A DNA stretch of 48,850 nt from a virus: IMG/VR virus record IMGVR_UViG_3300002460_000044, positions 1 through 48,850 of that record. One strand, 5' to 3'. The stretch's first letter is position 1; the number at the start of each line of letters is the position of its first letter. The notes beneath the pieces are model-generated. The model ran no database searches, was not told the origin of the DNA, and was given only the letters and a program-made list of their open reading frames with translations. Made by a program: the position numbers and the translations under genes. Shown here piece after piece: positions 27,115-33,604 of the stretch.

Positions 27115-28442
27115 TAGAGTAAAGGTTCAAGCTCATGTTTGAATATAAAATCTAAGTTTCTTTCCTTCCTCAGTCTTGTGGCCATGGCCATTTCTGGATG
27201 TTGTAGTCTGGCCGCTATTGCTCCTGCCGTATCATAATGATAATCTTTCTCGTATTTCTTTCTTTCATCATCCGAAGCGTTCTGCGGCCCGTAAGCTGTA
27301 TTTGTATTTCCATCCATAGCGTTCATTATATCTATATTACTGGAGTACTTTCTAAATATGGCGTTCTCACCGAAAATATTTCTGAAAGGCGGAAAGTCAA
27401 AGTTTAAAACCACGACTTGCTTAGTCAGACCAGCTTCCTGAGTAATTAGAGAATAGCTTTCACTAGCCGAAGGCATAATAAATACATTTGAAAGAAGCTG
27501 GAAATCCCTTACCACGCTTTGAGGCACTTCTACCTTCCAATTCTCGTTTTCCTCGCTGGTAAAAGTAATTTCATTGCTGTTTAGGCCATAATCTATGGCT
27601 ATCTGCTTTAGCTCTTCCCTATAAGTAACTTTATCTCCGCCAGTAGAGTGGAAGTCAATTATTATTACTCTTACTGAAAGGTCGAAATCTTTCAATTTAG
27701 CCATTGTTTTGATGACGTATTGAACCTGCTTGCCTCTATCTAACCTTATCGGATAGGTACAAATAGCGTCTGCCGAAAGTATCTTTTTCTTGTCAACCAC
27801 CTCCTGTACTTCCTTACTTATACCCAAAAAACCGCAAATGTCAGTTGGGTGGTGAACTACTTTTACCAACTCATCACTAACCCCAAAGTTCTCGGCTATT
27901 CTCGGAATTGAATAATGATTAAAGAAGACGTAGTAGGAGTTAGGAAATGGTTTTCGGACTAAGTCGGTGTACTCACTACCAAAATTCTGCAATGCTCCCA
28001 AGGTGACTGGACTAGTTGCCGAGTGTATCCAGTGCAACCACTTAGCATTTTTCTTAGCGGCTACTCTTCTTGAGGCAAAATTATGCTTTAAAGCAGCGGG
28101 CTGATAAATAATATCGTGGGTTAGTACTACACTACCATCAGTAATTATTTCATCAAGCCTTCTTTCAATATTAGCCACATCTTCATCAAAAGTGGGGTCT
28201 TTTTTTATTTCGTTGTGGCAAGGAACAAGGGGAATTTTTTCTATAGTTACATCTGGATGGGCGTACATCTGGTCTGGCTGGAAACTTTCTTGGACAATAA
28301 CAGTCACTTTATACCTGTTACGGGTAAACATCTTAATCTGATCCTGAACCACCCGATTAAGACTGTAAGCTTCACTTATTTCGGAAAATGTCGTAAATAG
28401 GATTATTTTCCTCGAGAAGTCAGTACCTTCCATTATTTTCAA
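27111..28442 (-). CDS. GT-B fold (GT1/GT4-like) glycosyltransferase; first gene of the island
   Basis: 443 aa. EX7E motif ESYSLITQE followed by AGLTKQVVVLN. The track start is TTG 28442; ATG 28433 is an alternative. Confidence 0.55.
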   Translation of the reverse strand: MKIMEGTDFSRKIILFTTFSEISEAYSLNRVVQDQIKMFTRNRYKVTVIVQESFQPDQMYAHPDVTIEKIPLVPCHNEIKKDPTFDEDVANIERRLDEIITDGSVVLTHDIIYQPAALKHNFASRRVAAKKNAKWLHWIHSATSPVTLGALQNFGSEYTDLVRKPFPNSYYVFFNHYSIPRIAENFGVSDELVKVVHHPTDICGFLGISKEVQEVVDKKKILSADAICTYPIRLDRGKQVQYVIKTMAKLKDFDLSVRVIIIDFHSTGGDKVTYREELKQIAIDYGLNSNEITFTSEENENWKVEVPQSVVRDFQLLSNVFIMPSASESYSLITQEAGLTKQVVVLNFDFPPFRNIFGENAIFRKYSSNIDIMNAMDGNTNTAYGPQNASDDERKKYEKDYHYDTAGAIAARLQHPEMAMATRLRKERNLDFIFKHELEPLLY

Positions 28443-28469
28443 TCTAGCAAACTATTACTTATTTGTCAA
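28441..28469 (-). promoter_or_regulatory. Sigma70-like promoter immediately upstream of the glycosylation island
   Basis: On the minus strand: TTGACA (28469-28464), 17-nt spacer, TAGATT (28446-28441). The predicted TSS falls at about the ATG at 28433. Confidence 0.35.
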
Positions 28470-28481
28470 TATCTTATAATA

Positions 28482-28805
28482 CTAGTCGTACACTACGAAT
28501 GCCTCACCATTAAAGTCGGCACCTTGTTCCAGCTCTACGTAAAGTCCCTTTGTCATATTTATTGGCCTGGCAGGGGTAAAACAGGTGCTTTCACCTGTAT
28601 TAGCAGCCAACACAAAAGAGTCCGCTGAAGGAGCTGGTTGGACCGAACCGTTAGCAGAATCGTACACTCTTACAGCCGCTGCCGAACCGCCAGCAGTGAT
28701 TACAACAGCAACTAGTTCTACTCCACCAGCAGTTGAAAGTTGCTCACTGGTGTTATTACTATTCAGCGTGTATTTATATCTGGCTCTGCTAGGTTTGTTT
28801 ATCAT
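28482..28805 (-). CDS. Small beta-rich hypothetical structural protein (107 aa) at the upstream edge of the island
   Basis: ORF in the late operon with Ala/Gly/Val-rich beta-like composition. No motif recognised. Confidence 0.45.
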   Translation of the reverse strand: MINKPSRARYKYTLNSNNTSEQLSTAGGVELVAVVITAGGSAAAVRVYDSANGSVQPAPSADSFVLAANTGESTCFTPARPINMTKGLYVELEQGADFNGEAFVVYD

Positions 28806-28808
28806 AGA

Positions 28809-29255
28809 TTAAAAATACCCTGGCTTCCTTTTAAAGGAGCCCATATACTCATCATCAGTCTGCAAGCCTTCCCCATACCAAGGAACACCGTCTTTATCCA
28901 CACCCTCGCCATAAGGGATTCCTTCGGGGTCAGTTAATCTTGAAGCTCTCTCTTTATCAGCAATTTCCTGCGGTGTCACAAATTCTTCGCCTTCTTCTGT
29001 TTTTGGTTCTTCAGTATGTTGTTTTTCGTGTTGTATCACGGCCACCTTATAATCGTTAGCATAATCTCCATATTTACAAGTAAATTTACCTTCTAGCTTG
29101 ACCTCCTCTAACCACGGATAGGTCTGTTGTAGCCTATTAGCCACAGGGTTATCGAAAGTTTTAGTTTCTCCTAAACCAAGGGCATACATTTTCTTCTGGA
29201 ACAAAAAGTCTCTTATTGGTGCCCCTTTTTCTTTTGAATTAGTTAGAGTTATCAT
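28809..29255 (-). CDS. Hypothetical protein (148 aa) with an acidic central segment
   Basis: ORF tightly packed in the late operon. No motif recognised. Confidence 0.45.
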   Translation of the reverse strand: MITLTNSKEKGAPIRDFLFQKKMYALGLGETKTFDNPVANRLQQTYPWLEEVKLEGKFTCKYGDYANDYKVAVIQHEKQHTEEPKTEEGEEFVTPQEIADKERASRLTDPEGIPYGEGVDKDGVPWYGEGLQTDDEYMGSFKRKPGYF

Positions 29256-29262
29256 AATCTTC

Positions 29263-29535
29263 CTATAATGTAGTAGTCGTGCTAGTACTCGTGCTGGTAG
29301 AAGTAGTAGTACTAGTGGAGCTACTTGTGCTAGTCGTAGTCGTACTGGTACTTGTAGTAGTCGTGGAAGTTGACGTACTGGTGGTTGTCGTTACATCCCC
29401 AAACACCCACTGCGTACCGTTATAAACTACCCATTGGTTAGTATCATTTTTGAAGAAGAAATCTCCTGCGATTGGCTCGCTTGGAAATGTTGTTTGGACT
29501 CTTCTTCTTGCTGTAAAACTACTAAACTTTGTCAT
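29263..29535 (-). CDS. Capsid-adjacent small protein, paralog 3: 48-aa N-domain plus 41-aa Ser/Thr tail
   Basis: 90 aa. The N-domain carries GDFFFKNDTNQWVVYNGTQW. S/T tract at 29269..29391. It is one of three tandem paralogs downstream of the capsid gene. Confidence 0.6.
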   Translation of the reverse strand: MTKFSSFTARRRVQTTFPSEPIAGDFFFKNDTNQWVVYNGTQWVFGDVTTTTSTSTSTTTTSTSTTTTSTSSSTSTTTSTSTSTSTTTTL

Positions 29536-29537
29536 AA

Positions 29538-29810
29538 TTACCCCGTTGTGCTAGTTGATGTACTCGTGCTGGTACTAGTTGTCGTAGAAGTACTAGTTGT
29601 CGTAGTACTGGTGCTAGTACTGGTGCTGGTTGTCGTTGACGTACTTGTACTGGTTGTACTGAAAACATAAACTAGCCAATTATTTCCCGAATATCTCGCC
29701 CAAGCATTAGTGCTGGTGTTGAAGTACTCATCACCTGACACTGGCCCCGTTGGGTCGCTTGTTGCTGTTCGTATTCTTCCTTTTAGATTGCTTAAATGAG
29801 TGTCAGCCAT
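29538..29810 (-). CDS. Capsid-adjacent small protein, paralog 2: 50-aa N-domain plus 39-aa Ser/Thr tail
   Basis: 90 aa. The N-domain carries GDEYFNTSTNAWARYSGNNW. S/T tract at 29544..29660. Confidence 0.6.
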   Translation of the reverse strand: MADTHLSNLKGRIRTATSDPTGPVSGDEYFNTSTNAWARYSGNNWLVYVFSTTSTSTSTTTSTSTSTSTTTTSTSTTTSTSTSTSTSTTG

Positions 29811-29819
29811 AATTCATCC

Positions 29820-30146
29820 TTATATAGTCGTAGTCGTACTGGTACTGGTAGTAGTCGTACTGGTACTGGTGCTAGTTGTTGTTGTACTCGTGCTTGTTGA
29901 GCTGGTACTAGTTGATGTACTCGTACTTGTACTGGTACTCGTTGTTGTTGATGTACTGGTAGTCGTTGTCGACGTTGACGTTGTACTAGACTGCGCAAAC
30001 GCCAAACCTCGCCACTGAACACCATCCCATCTCATCCACGTATTCTGGGTTGTATTGTAGTATTCATCACCCACATCGGGGCTGCTTGGATTTACTGTTC
30101 CTGTTTTTAGATGTCCTCTTAAACTTGATACTTTAGTTGTAGGCAT
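29820..30146 (-). CDS. Capsid-adjacent small protein, paralog 1: 52-aa N-domain plus 55-aa Ser/Thr tail
   Basis: 108 aa. The N-domain carries GDEYYNTTQNTWMRWDGVQW. S/T tract at 29826..29990. Confidence 0.6.
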   Translation of the reverse strand: MPTTKVSSLRGHLKTGTVNPSSPDVGDEYYNTTQNTWMRWDGVQWRGLAFAQSSTTSTSTTTTSTSTTTSTSTSTSTSTSTSSTSTSTTTTSTSTSTTTTSTSTTTTI

Positions 30147-30173
30147 AAAACTCCTGATTTAACGGTTCTGGAC

Positions 30174-30196
30174 AGGGGGGCCGAGTAAGCCCCCCT
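30174..30196 (-). terminator. GC-rich stem-loop just after the major capsid gene (partial terminator or mRNA stabiliser?)
   Basis: 8-bp stem (six G-C pairs in a row: gggggg/cccccc) with a 7-nt loop, 15 nt downstream of the capsid stop. No clear U-tract. Confidence 0.3.
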
Positions 30197-30210
30197 CGCC
30201 CAATTAGTTA

Positions 30211-31128
30211 CTAGCCACTGTAAGCAGCGCCGTCTCCTTGACTGCCCCAAACACCTCGCCAATCAGACCAACCACGAGAAAATCGTTGTCGGCTCTTAAA
30301 TAGCGCCATGTCGGTGTCAAAGGAATCGTCTTGCTTGAATTCTGGTTTTATTCTGTCAAACCAGTTTAGCTCGTGAACGCTGCTATCAATCAGGAACCAG
30401 TGAGTTGCGTTCCTGTCCATGAAAATCCAGTCAATAATCTTGAATTTACCTTGGTAGACATTAGCATCATTGTCAGCCGTACCCTGTCGTTGAGGTGAGT
30501 CAACAATAAGATGGGCTGTTTTTCCTAGATCAATAGGTACCAGAAGCGTGTCTGGCATTACGTCAATTCGTTGCCCCTTGTCATCAAGCTGGTTTCTCGC
30601 TGCAATTAATGCAGTTTCCAGGTTTTCCTCGGTTAGAGTAATACCTGTAGCTGAAGCGTTGCTTTGAGAAGCACCACCATCACTTCGTGGGTGAACAGTG
30701 GAACATAGCTCCTGGCTATCCCCGCCAAGGAAAGAGGAGTTGAAAGCTCGGTTTAGAACCTGAGCGGCTTCTCGCTCTCTTGTCCTTCTAGCGCTTTTAC
30801 CCAAAGCGGCTGGTTTCTTGTTGATAACATTGTAAAGGTCATCTTCCCACATTTCTCGGCTGACCTTAAAGCCTTTAGTGTATTTTAAGTGGGAATACAC
30901 TGTGTCATACATCTGAACTGGGTCTTCATAATCAATTGGTGCGCCTTCTGCGGTTTGTTGCATGTAGCCAAACCCAGTTACACCACTGTCACGCTCATCC
31001 TGTTTTCCAGATGTATTAACGTGGAATATTGAGTTTAGAACCTGCGGAACCTCGTTATATCGGTCATCAAAGATTTCCCGAAATCCAGGCTCAAGCAGGT
31101 CACCGAAATCTGATCTATAAGTTGCCAT
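30211..31128 (-). CDS. Major capsid protein (HK97-fold candidate)
   Basis: 305 aa. Sits in the portal-scaffold-capsid order and is followed by a strong hairpin. Overall resemblance to HK97-type capsid proteins is judged by eye only. Confidence 0.65.
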   Translation of the reverse strand: MATYRSDFGDLLEPGFREIFDDRYNEVPQVLNSIFHVNTSGKQDERDSGVTGFGYMQQTAEGAPIDYEDPVQMYDTVYSHLKYTKGFKVSREMWEDDLYNVINKKPAALGKSARRTREREAAQVLNRAFNSSFLGGDSQELCSTVHPRSDGGASQSNASATGITLTEENLETALIAARNQLDDKGQRIDVMPDTLLVPIDLGKTAHLIVDSPQRQGTADNDANVYQGKFKIIDWIFMDRNATHWFLIDSSVHELNWFDRIKPEFKQDDSFDTDMALFKSRQRFSRGWSDWRGVWGSQGDGAAYSG

Positions 31129-31142
31129 ATTTCTTTACCTCC

Positions 31143-31736
31143 TTAAGCTGCGACTTTGGCGTTACCTTGGTCAACACCAACCGCAAGTTCCCCTTCTGCG
31201 ATCCTAAATAATCCCTTGGAGAGATCGCCATCTCCGTCGGGGTCTGTCTGCACTAGCTGGAACTGTCCGTTGCTATCAGAAGCAGATGTATTATCAATTT
31301 GGCCTGAAGCAGCCAAACCATCAAAACATTGAAGTAGGTTCGTTCTTGCCAAATTTCCATCTGCGTCGTTGTACCAAAGGATATCTCCTGATGGATCGCA
31401 AGCAACTGCTCCCGAAACGAAAGTTTGTCTCGTTTGATTATCTGAAGCAGTAGCGGCTTGGTCGTCTTCGGTTAATGTCGCTCCCGTAGTGGGTGCTCCA
31501 AAAGCGAACAAGTTTAACCCATCAAACTCAGAATCCCCGCCGTAAAGACCGACAAGAATACCAAGAACTGGGTTTGTTGCTCCCGCTCGTACCAAGAATC
31601 CAGCGTTATTGAGTCTAACTGCATCACCAATCTTTAGGGTTGCACTATTAGCAACTCTAAAGTTGACGGCAGCAGGTTCATCCTTCCCAGAGAGGGATTT
31701 TCTGAACCTGAATCCTGTACTTGTACTGTATGCCAT
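31143..31736 (-). CDS. Head-associated protein of unknown function (possible decoration or auxiliary capsid protein)
   Basis: 197 aa between the scaffold-like and capsid genes. Gly/Ala/Asp-rich. The call is based on position. Confidence 0.3.
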   Translation of the reverse strand: MAYSTSTGFRFRKSLSGKDEPAAVNFRVANSATLKIGDAVRLNNAGFLVRAGATNPVLGILVGLYGGDSEFDGLNLFAFGAPTTGATLTEDDQAATASDNQTRQTFVSGAVACDPSGDILWYNDADGNLARTNLLQCFDGLAASGQIDNTSASDSNGQFQLVQTDPDGDGDLSKGLFRIAEGELAVGVDQGNAKVAA

Positions 31737-31740
31737 ATTT

Positions 31741-32562
31741 TTAGTCTCCTTTTGCTATATCTTCAGCAATTTGTTTTTTTCGTTCTAAGTATTTATCTTC
31801 ACTTATCTTCATCTTACTAGCAGCCTCTTTTTCTGCTGCTGTTAAACTCAAATTAGATGCAGAACCACTAGATGATGGTAGTGACCCGATTGCTGCTCCT
31901 TCGTTTTCCCTATTTTGTGTCAATGCTTTCAATTTCTCTTTTTCTATTAGTTCATCCCGATTGGCTAAAAAGAACGCATTTTCCAAATATTTAGGCAACC
32001 GTGCCAAGGAAACACTGTTAAGTATTTCCTGATAAGTTTTGGTTCCGCCTGGGTCTAGCATTTCAGCTAGGGCGGTTCCAAGTTTAGTGTGCTCTTCTCG
32101 ACGTTTGGTCGGATCTAGGCCATCAAGGCCATATCTCCTCTCAAACTGGTCGATAATTTGTGCCTCCAAAGCTCTCCTAGTATCTGTATCGACAGGACTA
32201 GTTATTTGGGGGCTGCCCTCCACGTTAGTTTGGGTTTGGCCATTTTCGACAGGAACGCCTCTTATCTCTTTGATTTTCTTATCAACAGAGTTATAGACAT
32301 CCTGATCGGCCCAGATAGCTTGTAAGACTACATCCATCTGTTCCCGAAACTTTCTTAGTTCTCCAAGTTCATTTGAGGAATCACCCAGTTTCTTTTCTAG
32401 CTCAGAATAAGCCTTAGCCAACTCTTCCGGGCTTTTTCCAGCGAACTTGTTTTCTGAAGGTGCTGCCTGTTTATCGGTTGCTTGTCCAGTATCAGGCGTT
32501 ACTGGGGCTTTCGGTTTTTCAGGTTGTCCACTTTGTGGGGCCTGAGGTTGTTCATCTGCCAC
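31741..32562 (-). CDS. Scaffolding protein candidate
   Basis: 273 aa, acidic, with Lys/Glu-rich helical/coiled-coil composition and a disordered Pro/Gln N-terminus. Lies between portal and capsid. Confidence 0.5.
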   Translation of the reverse strand: MADEQPQAPQSGQPEKPKAPVTPDTGQATDKQAAPSENKFAGKSPEELAKAYSELEKKLGDSSNELGELRKFREQMDVVLQAIWADQDVYNSVDKKIKEIRGVPVENGQTQTNVEGSPQITSPVDTDTRRALEAQIIDQFERRYGLDGLDPTKRREEHTKLGTALAEMLDPGGTKTYQEILNSVSLARLPKYLENAFFLANRDELIEKEKLKALTQNRENEGAAIGSLPSSSGSASNLSLTAAEKEAASKMKISEDKYLERKKQIAEDIAKGD

Positions 32563-32679
32563 TTTGGGCTCCTTTCAAGAGTTGTCCAAAAATTTGTAAT
32601 AAAACGAAAAAAGGTACGCCGCTTTTGCGGAATACCTTCACTTAATTAAGTATAATGTATAGTTTAGTTACCTGTCAAG

Positions 32680-32826
32680 CTATCGCCTCTTTTTAGTTCT
32701 GGTTGGTCTCTTACCAGAGGCCACTAGCCCCATAAATCTGCGTTGTTTGGGTGTCAATTTATGACCTCTAACTTCTTTATCATGCAAAATCTTCTTAGCC
32801 TTGGATTTACTTAGGTTTTTTGCCAT
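32680..32826 (-). CDS. Tiny highly basic protein (48 aa), below the ORF-track cutoff
   Basis: My translation: MAKNLSKSKAKKILHDKEVRGHKLTPKQRRFMGLVASGKRPTRTKKRR. The ATG lies inside the 3' end of 32807..32908 in another frame. Confidence 0.4.
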   Translation of the reverse strand: MAKNLSKSKAKKILHDKEVRGHKLTPKQRRFMGLVASGKRPTRTKKRR

Positions 32827-32908
32827 TATTTTTTCTTTTTTCCCGCTTAGTAGCTAATTTATAAGCCTTGCTCTTGCGGGAACCCTTGTAGCTACCCTTG
32901 TGTGGCAT
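32807..32908 (-). CDS. Tiny highly basic protein (33 aa) with a strong SD
   Basis: My translation: MPHKGSYKGSRKSKAYKLATKREKRKNNGKKPK. SD AGGAGG lies 5 nt before ATG 32908. Confidence 0.4.
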   Translation of the reverse strand: MPHKGSYKGSRKSKAYKLATKREKRKNNGKKPK

Positions 32909-33308
32909 CTATACCTCCTGCACCGCCTGCTTCTTGACCTGATAGTAAACCTCCGCTTAGAGAAGCCGCAGGACTTTGAGATGTTAATAATCCTATTAAA
33001 AGAGCGTCTAACCCCATACCAAGAAGATCTTTTAGGGTAATTGCCCCAAGAGGCGGTACTTGGGCTGATTCTGGAGGCAGAAAACCACCTTGAGCTTGAG
33101 GAATTCCACCCAAATCGCTTCCTGCTAGACCTTGTTCTGGATTAAATTGTTCTAAACTAGAAGAGCCTTGCTGAGGAATACCTAAATCCGGTGCTGCTGG
33201 AGGTTGACCAAAATCCGGTGGCAAAGCACCGCCAATTACCCCCTGTTGAGGGGCGAATTGCTCTGTAAGAGTATTTTTTACGTTGTCTAAAAAGTCAAAC
33301 TGTGGCAT
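32892..33308 (-). CDS. Gly/Pro/Gln-rich low-complexity protein (138 aa)
   Basis: ORF coupled to the upstream gene (TAATG). Low-complexity composition; function unknown. Confidence 0.45.
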   Translation of the reverse strand: MPQFDFLDNVKNTLTEQFAPQQGVIGGALPPDFGQPPAAPDLGIPQQGSSSLEQFNPEQGLAGSDLGGIPQAQGGFLPPESAQVPPLGAITLKDLLGMGLDALLIGLLTSQSPAASLSGGLLSGQEAGGAGGIDATQG

Positions 33309-33604
33309 TATTCGTTTTTTAACCTCTTGTCTAATTCTACCACACTGCCAGTAATTATGTAAACCAGTTCTGTCAAAGAAGCAACCTTTCCCCTAGAGTG
33401 GGACTTCTCTATCGCCAAGGCCTGTGGGTCGTTTTCCTTGAAATTGAAGAAATACTCCTTTTCATCGTCAATCATCCGCCTCACAAAGTCCTTAAATTTA
33501 GTAAAATCCTTGTTTTTGCCTAAATTAGCAAAGAATTGGAGCTCCTCAATGCTCATATTGTCAATCATTTTGCGTATTTTAGGCGAAATCCGTATTTTTT
33601 CCAT
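33308..33604 (-). CDS. Hypothetical protein (98 aa)
   Basis: ORF directly coupled to the portal stop. No motif recognised. Confidence 0.5.
   Translation of the reverse strand: MEKIRISPKIRKMIDNMSIEELQFFANLGKNKDFTKFKDFVRRMIDDEKEYFFNFKENDPQALAIEKSHSRGKVASLTELVYIITGSVVELDKRLKNE

Noticed and set aside
15012-28442. Island as a lysogenic-conversion (O-antigen/teichoic-acid modifying, gtrABC-like) cassette
   Set aside because: It sits inside the late structural operon and is not next to an integrase, and none is present. It lacks flippase or bactoprenol-linked components, and it co-occurs with six S/T-tract virion proteins. Host-glycan modification remains the main alternative to test.
15012-28442. 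Lower GC content of the island as evidence of horizontal acquisition
   Set aside because: Hand counts of a few 60-nt lines varied widely, both inside the island (27-52% GC) and outside it (33-50% GC). No defensible difference can be claimed without a computed sliding window.
29434-30025. ORFs 29434..29670(+), 29800..30018(+) and 29792..30025(-)
   Set aside because: Same shadow effect over the S/T tails of the three capsid-adjacent paralogs.
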